From Callorhinchus milii (lineage: Eukaryota): DNA of 64,000 bases. Positions 50,061 through 63,420 of the stretch are shown in pieces (positions within the stretch are counted from its first letter, which is position 1; the number at the start of each line of letters is the position of its first letter). The translations under genes and the position numbers were made by a program. The stretch spans positions 78,060,001 to 78,124,000 of the forward strand of contig NW_024704743.1 of the NCBI RefSeq assembly GCF_018977255.1, read 5' to 3'. The notes under the pieces were generated by a model, which was not told where the DNA came from, searched no databases, and saw nothing but the letters and a program-made list of their open reading frames with translations.

Positions 50061-52712
50061 CAATGAGGTTACAGAAAGGAACTGAAGATAAGTTAGAAAA
50101 AGGAACCCCCAGATAAAATTGGGCAGGGTTGTTTGTGGCACATTACAGTGCGCCGATTATCTGCCACATTGCGAAGTGCTTTAAGACATCTTCCTGACAT
50201 GAAACATGCTATAATGAATGTAAGGATTATTATAATTATAACTAGGCTTTGGACATTATAAATATTTGTCACTTTTAAAAGGATCAGTTCAGTAGTTTAC
50301 AACTAGAAACATAGTCTACATCTGTGTAATGCAGGCAGACAGCTGTGTCAACTGTTACGAGCACAAAATGTGATTAAATTAATCTCCCTTAGAGGCACAA
50401 AAGTGCTAATATTGTGTATGGAATTGGTTCACAGGCTTTTCTGCTAATGATAACTCCTTGAGTATGGACAGGCAGAAATAGAATCACTAATTAGTTTTGC
50501 AGTTCCTCGCTTGTACTTGTATAGGTGCAAAAACAATACAAGTCAAATAAACCCTGACCACCGATATAGTGTGCACTTACTATGTAATTTTTGATTCAAT
50601 TGTAATTGTGGCAATTCATTGTGAAAGTCATTTCCTGTCAATGGGCCAGTAGAACAGTGATTGAGGTTGTAACCTTCAGAGTGATTCTTGCATAAAAAAA
50701 ATACTGCAGTAAAGGTGGCACAAAGGAGGTTAATACTTTTCTTTGGGTTTAGGAGCATTGTGATGCTGTATTGTGATGCTGTGATACTTTTTCCGAAGCA
50801 AACATGTTATAATAAAATAATAACCCTTGCATTTGATATAGTGTCTTATATCATTAAAATATTTTCAGGCGCTTCACAGGATTTACTGTGAAGTGTAGTG
50901 TCTTTATTTGTAGGTGAATATGGCAGTCAATTTGCATATACCAATGTTCGACAAACAGCCATGAAATGAATGACCATGTTTACTTGGAGATTGTTGGCTA
51001 GGACATTGGTAGAAGCTCACTTCTCTTTCAAATAGTATCACAAGATCTTTAAATATCTACCTGAACATAGTAACTCGGCCAGTCCAACCACAGTATAAGA
51101 GTTAATAGTGGGAAAAACTGAGGTGGCACCTGTGCTGGGTGGGGAGGGAAGAGCAGTCTTATCTTAATCTATATTTGGTGTAAAGTTTTTAACATTCAGC
51201 TAACATATAAAACAACCCAGTTGCAACTGTAGCACCAAATTATGCAAAAAACGCAAGATAAGCTTTAAAAAGCCATACAAATCCTCAATAATGGTGTAAT
51301 GCAATGCCTCCTTGCTTAATACTAAAACATGTTACTTTGCGGTTGCTATGTTAGTAGAATGGAAACATAATAACTAGGATGAGAATTCATAGCTGAAATC
51401 CATTCCCTAGAATGCAGCGTTTAGAAGCTTCTTCAATCGTTTGCTCGTGGTTTATATTCATCTCTGAATCCCTATATGCTTAAATTAGAGTGTTTTAGTT
51501 CTTGATGTATCACCATCCTGCAATATGTAGTTCTTTGCTGAATACCGGGTGCAGTGTATAAGGGCGTCACTGAAAAGGCACCCAGGATTATGAGACTTGT
51601 ATTACTGGTGTGACTTCATTATATTTTATTGTTTTTGCAGCACTGAATGAGTCACACACTTTGTTGAAATAGGTTATCTCCAAAACTCAACCTTTTTTTT
51701 TACCAGTAGTATAGCTTGTTCAAGTACAGTATGTGGCTGTTGTTTAGATGCAAAAATTTTGTTTCATACTGATGTGCTTTTGAATTGAGCTGCCACTGAA
51801 TTATTTTAGATACAGTGCATAGTTACTGTACATACCATTATTCGTAATGCATTTCAATAACCCATTTATATTTCATCTTTGGGATTTCAGTTTCCTCGTA
51901 ATTATATTTATTTTGTAATATGTTTCCGCAAATCTTTTCCTAAGCTGTTTTGAACATTAAGATCTCATTACAGAATGCCTTTGTCTGGGACTCTTATTTT
52001 CTCTTATTTGAAGCTGAGCTGGATTTATAAACTTCATTTATTACTGAAATAATGTTGCTCTCGTTCTTTTCTATGCACCATTGCATTTTACAATTTCATG
52101 GATTGAGTAGATTACGCAGCGTGCATGGCTGGAATTTGCCCCATCAGGTAATCACTGCAACAAGTTGAACAGCATCAAATGGGAAATTAAATGGAAGGGT
52201 TCCATTGTCAAAATTTACCAATACAATCTTCCATTAGGTGCTTAGGGTGGGTCTTTACGGTGAAAGACGATCCTTCGTGTCAGTAAAACAGTCCTTAATA
52301 GCTTTGAGATGGTTTGTGTATTAACTCTAATTTGGTTATTATCGGAAATAATATTATGTGTCGAGCAGCAATGTGTGGCTGAATTATTTCAGGCGTGTAA
52401 AAGGCCAGTAATTCACCAGCACTGTAGACAGAAGTGAGTTAATGAGGTCATTCACATGAGTGAAGTAACACTGAGAATGTACCACACAAACCCGATATTC
52501 TCTTATTACTTTAAGTCGTCTTTTGGGTTTCAAGCTGAGGAAAATAAAATGAACTGCTGAGTTTTAAACCTTATTCTGTTTCCCGAAGAAAATCTGGCAT
52601 TTGTTCTCGCTTAAGAATTTAAATCTGACACTGTCATTTTAAGTTCTACCTTGGAGGTGAATGCATAGAGGAAATGAGACGATTGGGATGATCTTATAAG
52701 AGACGCTTTAAA

Positions 52713-52795
52713 GCTGTACTATGAGTGTTATTATGTGGAAGGCATCAAGTAACTGGTATTTGATGTCTTCTACATCATAGCACTCATAGTACGGT
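52713..52795 (+). ncRNA. Candidate structured RNA or pre-miRNA-like hairpin in eef1e1 intron 1
   Basis: 39-position stem with 32 Watson-Crick pairs, 6 G-U pairs and 1 mismatch, and a 5-nt loop. The hairpin is certain; RNA function is inferred. Confidence 0.35.
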
Positions 52796-53129
52796 GACTG
52801 ATGTGGGGGTGTTGAAAAATCTAATCTACACAATGTAATTCCAGCAATATAGCTATTGGTGACTTTTCACAACTTGTTTTTGTCTTCCTTTAATCTGATT
52901 TTAAAGCTGTAGAATTCACTGCTGTATAATGAATACATGTAATATAAATGTACGGTCAGACAAACCTACAGTATACTGTATAATTGTTTATGATTCCCAA
53001 TGTCTTCAGGTCATTTTATCAGGATATTAGAAATAAAAAAAGCTTATTGTTTTGTAGTTTGTATACACACTTAATCAACAAAGGCAGACACACGGTCTTA
53101 GAAAAGGTTATATTACAGTAGTTGCATAT

Positions 53130-53840
53130 GACTGTGTTTTATGGACAAAAGCGGCAGCCAATTACACAAAGCCGTGTCCCACAAACAGCCATGAAATCGA
53201 TGACCAATTCTATTTTGAGGAATTATTGGCCAGGAAACCTGGAGAGAGAAACTCCCTTCTCTTTTTGAAAGTGCCATAGGATCAGAAGGTTGTGCGTTCA
53301 AGTACCACACCTTGGTTTGGATGAACTTGGATTCACATAGTCTAAGCTGACACTCCCGTGCGGTGAAGGGGGTTTGCTGCACTGTCGGACTTGCCATGCT
53401 TTGGATGAGATGTTAAACCGAGGTCCTGTCTGCCTCTTCAGGTGGGCATGAAAGATCCCATGGCACTATTCGAAAAGAGAAAGGAGTTTTTCCTGGTGTC
53501 CTGGCCAACGTTCCCTGAAATAAAATTGATCACTCACTTCATTGGCTGTTTGTGGGATATTGCTGGGCACAAAATTCGCTGCCATGTTCATCCAAAAATA
53601 CAGTAAATCCAGTGAAGCACTTTGGGCGTTCTCCTGATATAAAAGGCGCTATACTATATACAAGGATTATTATTATTATTTTATATGATAAAGAAAGTCA
53701 CCCTTAACAATGCAGCGATCCCCAGCACTGCATTGGAGTGTCACTTAAACTACATGACTTCCAAGTCCCGACGTGGGGCTTCAATCCACAACCTTCTGAC
53801 TCAGAGGAGAAAGTGCTACCAATTAGCCAGCCTGACACAC
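53130..53840. mobile_element. Nested DeuSINE-type copies: + copy (53282-53680) inside a - copy (53130-53281 and 53700-53840)
   Basis: The minus-strand body is interrupted by a plus-strand near-complete copy, and the minus-strand head resumes afterwards (ccacaaccttctgactcagagg...gccagcctgacacac). Confidence 0.8.
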
Positions 53841-54174
53841 GTGGTCTTTATGGTCTCTTAGGAAATCTCTCAAGGAACATGGTGATTTAATTGGTCCTAT
53901 GCAATTATTCTAGTTAGCTTGCTATATATACATATTAAGTCTATAATCCTGTGTAATGGATCTGGCACTTGATCAGAGTTGTAAGACTTGTTTGCTGATG
54001 CTGTGATACAATTGTGTCCATACACCCACTGTTAAGGTCCACTTAGAAGCATCTTAGTTTTTCATCTCAATATAGATCATGCTTTTTATCTTGATATCTA
54101 AAATTGTATCTGTGCAACTTTCATTACTGTATGAAGAACTATAGCTAAATATTTAAACTTGTGTCCTTTTCCAG

Positions 54175-54375
54175 GTTCCAGTGCTTCAGACAAATAATGG
54201 GCCTGGTCTTGTGGGACTGACTACCATAGCGTCTCACCTTGCGAAACTGGCCCAAAGAGCAGAACTCTTGGGAACTACACCAGAGGAGAGCGCAGTAGTT
54301 CAGCAATGGCTTGAATATAGAGTAACCCAGGTAGATAGGTGCACCAGTCAAGAGGACACAAGAACTATTTTAAAG
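54175..54375 (+). CDS. eef1e1: eef1e1 coding exon 2 (VPVLQTNNGPGLVGLTTIASHLAK...QQWLEYRVTQVD...RTILK)
   Basis: Acceptor ccttttccag| and donor AAG|gtaagg; 201 nt, phase 0/0. PVLQTNNGP and QQWLEYRVTQVD match the EEF1E1 GST-like domain. Confidence 0.97.
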
Positions 54376-57144
54376 GTAAGGGCTAACCTCAATTCCAAAG
54401 ACCAATTCCTTTGTGTATGTGAGGATATGAAATATTTTCTCCTCAATCCCATGGACTCCATGAGCCTTGCACCACGTGGATGTGAGGAAAAGCGAGAATC
54501 TCCAAGACTCTGAACCAGCCAGAGGGAGACTTTTTGTTTGAAGGCAAATTAAATTATTCATTCTGGATATGAAATATGAGGGTATAAATTTATCCTGGCT
54601 GGTGTGTTTGAAAGCATTATGATCCAACTGTAGTGTGCTATATTCTGATGAGAAAATGATAGCTTTGTTTTACAAATTGATGGCAAGCAAGGACATGCAG
54701 GCTGTTGAGGTTTCCCATGGTATTGACTGTCACAAGAAAAGCAAACCTCCATCTAATATAATGCCTTGAAATTGACTCCAAGGCTATTTTTATCTTGCAT
54801 CAGTCCCAGTCTGTTATCTGCCCCCTCCCCTCAATACAGTTCAGCGTTTCCTCTTGCTAGAATTCTCTTTCCTCCTCTTCCTGAAGATGCTCTGACTCTA
54901 TTTACCCTGTACTGGGATTTTTACAGTTAGCACCCACTCTCCATTACATAACTCAAGCACCTTCTCTTCAGCGCCTTCGGACGTCCTCTCAATGTGAAAG
55001 ACACTATATAAATGAAATTTGTTGTTGTTAAAGAGTGAACCTTGACGGTGTATGTCAGCAGGCTATTCAGTGTGAGTCATCACAGTCATAGTTAATTCTG
55101 TCTGCTCTCACTGGTCTTACACAAACGTGTACTTCCAGTGGACATGCCTGGCTAAAAATAGTACCAAGACCGCTGATTGATATTCCTCCTCCAGAACCAA
55201 ATGCATGGAAATGGGTTTCAAAGCCTCTAGATCCATCAGCTACATCAACCACAAAATACACAGTCAATTCACTTTACAGTATAATTCTGCAAAGCTCTTT
55301 GAGACGTCTCAAAGACATGATAAGCCGCTATATCAAACACAACAATTATTATTAATAAATCAGAGCAGTGAGGATCAAACTTGGAACCATTCTTTTCTGT
55401 CTAGCTTATAACTTGCTCAATAAACTCACTAATTCATCGAGCAATCTATATAATCAATGTATTTAAGCATAACTTTATTAAGTCACATTTATTCATTGAA
55501 ACTTTGTGACATAGAAGAAGACTATTTGGCCCATCGTGCCTGTACTAGTCCAAACTCCCTGAATAGAATTTACTCTAACCTTGTGTATGTTTTTATATGT
55601 AGGGTAGAATATAACACAGGTTTGTTTATAATGTAGTTAGGGTATGGTCTCCAATTTTTACTTGCTAAAAAAATCCAAATTCATGGCAAAAGGCAAACTG
55701 GATGACTTGGCCAACCGCACTCCACTCACTAAAAACTGGCCAGTGACCAAGCCACGGGAGATGTTGCTGTGCACAAAGTGATCTTAACAACCTGATTTCC
55801 CCAGGTCAGCTATTTTTAGCATAGTAAGCTGGTGGCAGATGGGATCTAAGACTATTCTCTTGAATATTGATCAGGAAACTTGCAAATCATGCAGTGCCTA
55901 GCTGTACCCTTCTCTCTAATCTCAACATCTGCTAAAGCTTGAACAGAACCACAAGCCATGACACCACGATCACCAAATTCCCACTCGTGATAGTTTGAAA
56001 CCTGTTCTCTTGAGCATCTGCTCCACTTCAGTTGCCTGATCAGTGGAGATAACTGGAAACAGCCTTTGTAACACAAAGCTGGCACATCCCAATTGGATTC
56101 CCCTTTCTGTTCAGTGAAGGTTTTTGGTATTGGGGAACGGAAGGGATACGTACATCACTCAAAAACAACATTTTAGTATCCAGCGTTGTCATTGTTTCAC
56201 TATTTTCACATATCCTTTGTAGTGGAATTGAAGTTGGAATAAACACAATAATTTAATGTAATGCTTTTACATTGGATATTTGCCTGGAATTTGTGTGTTT
56301 ATTTCCATTGTTTTTTTTTTAAACAGACTTGAATGGCCTCTTGTGTGAAGTCTTATAGATCCTCTTATAAAAAAATAAAATTAGACATTTTCTGCAGAGA
56401 TCCCTTAAGGTTACAACCCGTTTCATAACATTGGTATTGTGTTTGGTTGTTTTTCAGAACTGTTTTGGCCAAGTTGTTCACAAAACTTTCAAATGTATCT
56501 GATAAACCTAGGAAATTGGAATATAAATCAAAGGTAGCTCTGTGAGCAAATTTAGTCCAAGAAGATCCTGGATAAATGCACGCTAATGGAGACCATCCCA
56601 GATACAATACTGTTATCAAATAACTATATGAAAGTCTAAAGCCAGCATTCTCCTTTACAATTTCCCACATTGGAAATTCCCCAATACTAGCCCAGTGTCT
56701 CGTGGTGGCTGAATCTGAACATAGATTTAGAGGATGGGTACGGCATCTTTGAAGTTCAACAGTCTAATCATTATATACAAAGCCATTTGTGAAATTCAAG
56801 CCTTAAGTCTGAACTACAGCTTACCATAAAATGGTATACTACATATTACTGTCCTAAAACACATTTTGCTAGCCATAGAATTTGTTTTAGAAATTTACAG
56901 CACAGAAAAAGACCATTTAACTCACTGCTTTTAACCCATGGGAGAGAGAGGTTAATTTTGTTTTGCTTGTTTTGAGGAAAAGCAAAGTACTGTTGCCTCT
57001 AGAGAGGCTTCCTGCCAAGATTAGAATCTTCATTTCTTGGAATAACAGCAGTGACCTAAAGCCCTACTACTAAATGGTTCAGGGCTCTTGTTATATCAAC
57101 AAGCTGAAACACTGGTTTAACTTAAAAGGGTTATAACTGTTAAA

Positions 57145-57720
57145 TAATAAATTGGTCATTCAATCCACGGCTGTTTGTGGGACACCGCTGTGCGCAATTG
57201 GCTGCCACGTTTTGCCCACAAAATATGGAGTCGGTTCACTTTACAGTATATTCTGTGAAGCATTTTGAGACGTCTAGAAGACGCAATATCAAATACAAAG
57301 TTTATTTATTTATATTGCCTTGGGACCAAGCTGTGTGACTAATCAGATTACTTACAATAATAATCCCTCCAAAAAAACAAAACAATAATAAATTGGTCAT
57401 TTTCAATCTACGACTGTTTGTGGGACATTGCTGTGCGCAATTGGCTGCCGCGTTCGCCCACAAATATACAGTCAATTCACTTTACAGTGTGTTCTGTGAA
57501 GCGCTTTGGGACGTCCTCCTGACGTGAAAAGCGCTATATCAAATGCAAGGATTATTATTATTATTATTATTATTACATTGGATAGCTAAGATTGTTCTGC
57601 AGGATAAAAATAGAGCCTACAAAATACACCATCCCTACACTTTACTGTAAATCCTGTGAAGTGTTGTGAGACATCCTGATGTGAAAGGGACTTTATCAAA
57701 TGGAAGGATTATTATTATGA
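57145..57720 (+). mobile_element. Cluster of three 5'-truncated SINE 3' parts in eef1e1 intron 2
   Basis: The unit ctgtttgtgggaca..gctgtgcgcaattggctgcc...gtgaagcgcttt...ggattattatt recurs at about 57145, 57357 and 57615. Confidence 0.85.
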
Positions 57721-57792
57721 TAATACAGTAGTTTAGAATTCCGAAAGTCATATGTTTTTGAGTACAGCCCCATAATTTCTTTTGCATTTCAG

Positions 57793-57888
57793 GATCTCAA
57801 TCGTTACCTGGAAGATAAAGTATACCTGGCGGGAAATGGCTTCACTTTAGCAGATATTTTGGTGTACAATGGCTTGCATCCTATTGTG
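57793..57888 (+). CDS. eef1e1: eef1e1 coding exon 3 (DLNRYLEDKVYLAGNGFTLADILVYNGLHPIV)
   Basis: Acceptor tttgcatttcag| and donor GTG|gtaagt; 96 nt. Contains the GST-C motif YL.G..FTLADI. Too short to appear in the ORF track. Confidence 0.97.
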
Positions 57889-58527
57889 GTAAGTAATGTG
57901 TAAAAAGCTAAAGAATATAGTTATACACTATTTTGGGTTTAAGAATTGTATTCAATTAATATCAAACATTGAATTATTCAAATGGATTAAGAAAATTCAC
58001 AAATATTTTCTGCATACAGTCCAATGGTAAATTGTACAAAGTTACATGTGCTGTTACTTTTAATTCAACTTATGTATTCTAAGGAGATCAAGAGCTTCTC
58101 TGTTCAAACACATTTTGTAGAATGATGAAATCTGAGTTGATTTTCATGTTTGAATGTTTTGTACTGAGTCATGGGATATTTTTTCCAATTTTAATGCTGC
58201 CATTTCTACTCTCAACAACAACTTGCATTTATAAAGCACCTTTTACAAGTGATAGCATCTCGGAGCGCTTAACAGTGGCGGAGCTTGACACTGAGTCTGG
58301 GAGAGAGGGGAGGTGACTAGGCATGGGTCAAAAAGAAGGTCTTCAGGTGTGATCTGAAGATGGGCGAGAGCAGAGAGTTCCAGAGTCTCAGGCCATTGTG
58401 GTAGTCTCTCCTTCCTCCCTCAAATAAAAAAAAACTAATCTTTGCAAACTGATACAAACAACAAAATATTTTAAACCTGCCTACGCTATTTTTGTTTTCC
58501 ATAAATACCTACATATTTTTGGAAATG

Positions 58528-58800
58528 TAACAACAACAAATTGCAGTTATAAAGTACATTTCACATCTGGAGTATGTCCAAAGTTGCTGGACAGTCGAGG
58601 GTTTGCACCCAACCTGAGAGTAGGATTCGGGAGCAACGGGGACCAAGAAGGGGGGTTGGAGGGGGGTGGGCTGACCGAAGGCAAGGTCAAAGAGGAAGGT
58701 CTTGAAACAGACCTTGAAGGAGTTGAGGGAAGGAGCAAGGCAAAGGCAAACTCCATCCACTCTGGGGTGGAGTTCTAGAGTTCAGGTAAATAGGCTTGAT
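58528..58800 (-). mobile_element. L2 LINE 3' end in eef1e1 intron 3
   Basis: LCLAPSLNSFKVCFKTFLFDLAF, followed by the same 3' tail as 8000-8282. Confidence 0.75.
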
Positions 58801-59262
58801 CGCCGATGGTGGGGTGAGCAGGGTGGGGGGCTGCAGAGATCACAAATGGAGAGGGGCACCTGCCTCAACAGGTTGTTTCTAATCAGAAAAGGTTCAACTT
58901 TGGATGAAGCAGATCCTTATAGCCTACAGACCTGAAATGTCACTCTAAAGTAATTTTTAATAAAGAAGGCATAAAATGGCACAGTCAAAATCTGGCAATT
59001 TATTCAATCTTTTGAAGCTTGGAAGGTTAGCAGCACTTAACTTAATTACTGGCATACATCTTAGACTTTCTAAATATTACAAAAGTAGGGCAGGAAAAAT
59101 GTATGGAACTATTAAATATTTCTTAATTCAAAGTAGTCTTGAAATATAAAATAAATCTTGTCGGAAGTTTGATTTTCATGCAGAATTATGTGGCGTTTTT
59201 ACATACCAGCTATCCTTGAGGCTTGATTGCTAATTGACACTAAATTGGTAATAGCATTGAAT

Positions 59263-59399
59263 TGTGGGCAGTTTTGTTCCTGTGTACTTATATCCACAAG
59301 GAACCTATTTGTCATGCCACAGAATAAAATTAATGTAGAACTATTCCAGTAGGCAGAGACGTCATCCTGTCATTCCGGTCGATATTCAGGCCCACATTT
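59263..59399 (+). ncRNA. Candidate H/ACA sno/scaRNA-like motif in eef1e1 intron 3
   Basis: Hairpin with an internal pocket, H-box-like AGAATA (59321-59326), a weaker second hairpin, and ACA plus 3 nt (59394-59399); 137 nt in total. Confidence 0.25.
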
Positions 59400-60415
59400 C
59401 CAAAGTGCAGAGACTTTTGCTTGTTGACTCACACTCTCTTTCTCTTTCTTATCCATTCTGTATGTTTTTCTCTTTACCCGCTAATGTACACTCGTCAAAA
59501 ATACCACCGCTGCTTAAAAATGCACAAGTAAATATTTTCTCCCAAAATGTCAGATCCACTTTTTTTCCAGCCAGTCGCAGCCCCACACAGACATGCAGCT
59601 ATTTGGTATGTGTGTGCATAGCGCTCTCCTGCTCTTTATAAGTTAACTGAATTCCAAACATCCCGGTTGAAAAAAAAATCCGCGCTAGCTGTGTTTTTAT
59701 GCATTACCGTTATCACGTACTTGTGATGGTAGTGCAGATGAAGGAAGCATTTCACCAGTGCAACATTGAAACCACCTGCAGTAGAAATTCATGGCCTCCT
59801 TTGTAAAGCTTGCTGCTTTTTGTGTAAAATTCCTAAAACCTTTTGAACTTGCAAATATACAATTGGGACCTATTCTACCTTTATCCCTTTTCCCATACAC
59901 TCTTTTCGCTTGCTACAATTACCTGCCTGACTAGCCAACCCTCTTGCACATAGCCAATGGGTTATTGCCCGAGTGCAAGTTAGTGAACTTCATCAAGTTA
60001 AATCATTTTCTGAGCGTCACATCAGATCCTGCCCTCACCCAGTGTGCAAACATGCTTCCAGCAAAGGTTACTGGAGGACAATCGGAGGTGAACACCCTAG
60101 CTATCTTTGTTTCCTCTTCTTCTCACTCCGAGGCGCCATCCGGCACTATATGAATGCAAGTTGTTGTTCTCCCATTGTCTATTCATAGTCCAAAGGTATG
60201 GAGGCCACATTAGTTCACCACTGCTGCCTCAGCTGGCGTTAGCTAACTCAGCGCAGCTTAAGGCTTTTCTTTTCCGTATGGCTCAGTGGTGTTCTACATG
60301 GGACCATTTATCTGCTGATCCATTAGGGTTCTTGTAGGTTTTACAGCAGCTGACTATGAGAGGTGTACTAAAGTAGTGAGTGCCATTATTAACTATTCTC
60401 GACCTTTCCTTTTAG

Positions 60416-60556
60416 ACCCGGCTTACCCATGAAGATCGAGAGAAATATCTGAATGTGTCTCGGTGGTTTAACCACATCCAACACTATCCTGGAGTCAGAC
60501 AGCACTTTGACGCCATCATCTTCATGAAGAACAGACTCTATCCTACCATCCATTAG
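60416..60556 (+). CDS. eef1e1: eef1e1 last coding exon (TRLTHEDREKYLNVSRWFNHIQHYPGVRQHFDAIIFMKNRLYPTIH*)
   Basis: Acceptor ctttccttttag|. KYLNVSRWF.HIQHYPG.RQH and KNRLY match the EEF1E1 C-terminus. Stop TAG at 60554-60556; total protein 173 aa. Confidence 0.97.
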   Translation, partial: TRLTHEDREKYLNVSRWFNHIQHYPGVRQHFDAIIFMKNRLYPTIH

Positions 60557-61564
60557 GAAAGCTCTCTGCAGTCTTTATGTGTCATGCTGAATCTGAGCAT
60601 CTGCTTGTCAGGGTTGAAGTAGTGAGGGTTGACATGGGCACATTTGCTGACTATTTCTGCCATACATGAGAACAGGGGTTGTGTTCTTTTGTCTGCCTGA
60701 ACTGACTTTAGGTCAAAAGCCAATTAATTTACGACATTTTTATTTTCAGTCTGTATTGAACTCCAAAATTGGGTATACTGTGAGTATACTTGGTTGCCTC
60801 CACTATGTTAAACATAACCTTGTACAACATCTGATATCCACATGATACAATACATTGTCTGTTGAACTACAACCACATGCGCAAAATCCTCAAGCCTGCC
60901 TATTGAGCATCAGCCTCCCTACTCGGTCTTTAGATCTGGAGCTTCAAGCACCTGAAGTAGGTTACCTGAATGTTTTTTCAAGTGGCAAAATCCTGAAAAC
61001 ACTTCAGGCCCTTTTCCAGGTTTACCAATTCCTCAATGCAGTACACTAAATGTTGCAGAAATCCCACAACGTGATGCAACACAAAATATTCGGAAAGCTT
61101 GGGCAAGCTGTATTTGAACTGTGTTTGCAGGCACTGAGATTTTGCATGTAACATTTGCTGATATTGTACAGATCTCAGTGGGAGACGTGCTGGAGTTGGC
61201 CTCTGCCCGTTTGTTATTTTGCTCCTCTTTTTAGGGTTCTGCCTCCTCTGCTGTACATCATTCTCTGACTGAAGCAGCCCATTCATCCTCCTGCTTATCA
61301 CAGGGTTAATATTGTGGGAATCCCCTTTATGAGAAATTGTATAGGAAAATCCACATTTTAGTACTGCTTGCTACAATTTGATGGTATTGTTTGGAGAATC
61401 ACAAGGGTGGTGGTGCCATTGATGTGGATATCAGATGTTCTACTGTACACAGTTGTGATTTGGGATGATTCTCATTTCTCAGTGGGTTCATAGCAAAATT
61501 GTACTAGATCGTTAGAAGAGCAGTTCAAGATTTTACTTGATGCCTTTTGTTAATGAGTAAAATG

Positions 61565-61574
61565 AATAAATAAA
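61565..61574 (+). terminator. Candidate polyadenylation signal of eef1e1 (overlapping AATAAATAAA)
   Basis: Two overlapping AATAAA about 1 kb after the stop codon, with GT/T-rich sequence near 61613-61620. The actual 3' end cannot be verified. Confidence 0.5.
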
Positions 61575-63420
61575 CTTCTTTTATGAGGGTATAAGAAATG
61601 TGATCCTGCACAGTTGTTTTAGTACAATTGTTGGTGCATTCCAGCAATAGGAGCAGACCATGTTTGTTCCTGTCACTGAAGGAGCACTGGTTAGAAGTTA
61701 GTTACCTCCGAAATAAATTATCTACATTGGAGGTGAGGGCTACATTGGAATGAGTAAATAAATCCTGAATTACAGATTGAGGAGTAAATGTGACTGCCCT
61801 CCATCTACATATCCCATCTAATTGCTATATTAAACATACTAATTAACAAAGGGCACTGAGTAAAATCTTGAATGTGTCTTCTAACTAACCAGTACAACTT
61901 TAGCAATAAATTGAAGAGAACAGTGGTGTTATGCGTCACTGAGCCTTGTTTGTTGTGTAGATTTAAACCAAAGGATACTGTGCTATGTGGTGTTTGAAAT
62001 GTAACAAAAAAGCTAACAATTTTTTATTAATAGTGACCTAAGAATTTCCATAGGCAACCTGGATTACCTTCTTTAAAAAGGAAAGTACTTGTGTTTGCAT
62101 TATCTTTTTTAATGATTTTAAGGCCGGTGAGAATGTGCTATTGTTAATAAAAGGGAGCCAGTAATCTTCGCTCAACTGTGACGATCGCTAATCTACTGTG
62201 ACCCTACCAGTCACAAAACCATGTCTTATAATAAAATCAGTACACAAGGTGACTATTTCACATTAATGTTTATTAGCAGATGTCTGGAATGAGTACTCTG
62301 AAATAAATCAGAATAAATTTAGTTGATTGTTATTTGGTACGAGCAGTTTTAAAATTCACAAAAATACATCCCAAACCCGAGACCTCATATATTAACATGG
62401 AATGCTGTACAACACTTCTTCTTGGAATTTGTTTTAATATTTTTGAATATGAAAAAAACAGGACTGAGTAAGCTTGTTAAAACTTTATCTTAAAATGATC
62501 TCAGTATGTTTGCACTTGACCTCTGATAGTTCTTCATGGCTCAGTGTTATCAATTCAATACCGCCTTTTAATAAGATTCTCTTCTTTGATAACATGTGTT
62601 ACTAGTAAAAGAACTTGGGTTCTGATAGAAATGAGCATGGTAGTACTGGGCATAACTTTCCGAGACACTTTGCTTAATGGCTGTAATGAGGAGTCCTCTT
62701 TTTTATGGTTTAAAACAATATACAATGAATGTCCCACTGAGACTGATAGTTTGTATAAGGACTTGGTGGAGCAAAGTTGCATACAGCTGCATTTAAAGAA
62801 ATGTCTTCATTTACAATGGAATGCTTATTTAATATAGTCCATCCTGTTCATAATTCTTGATCATCAACTCCCGATTTAATCTCGCTAACCATGGCAGCAA
62901 TGATCACGAGTCTTCAGTATGGAAAATTGCCATGAATTGACAGCACAGAATGCACTGGTTGTCAGCCTCTGTATCAAGACCTGTTACCAGTACAAAGAAC
63001 ATGAGAACTCAATAAAAGCTCAGTGTCAATTATATGTATACATTTTTTTTAAAAACTGGAGTATTTCCCGGCAATAATCTAATCTATGCTCAAACAACAG
63101 TTCTCTCTATATCAAATGCAAGGATTATTTATTATTATCTGTTTGGGCTTTACTGTTGAGTTTGTGACATCACTTGAAGCCCTCAATTAGATTACATACT
63201 TGTAATCACTCAGAACTATCCATGATTCTCCCATTTAGTCAGATACGTCACACCACAGAACAAAAATTATTATTTTTTAGGTATGAATTTTTAATGGTGG
63301 TATACTTTTAAGTTTTTTTAAAATTTACAAGACTCAGTTACCAAGGAAAACACATTTTGACTTTTGGGATAGAGAAAAGATCTCTTTTTTGTGCCTATTT
63401 TAGAATTCCTTAGAATATTT

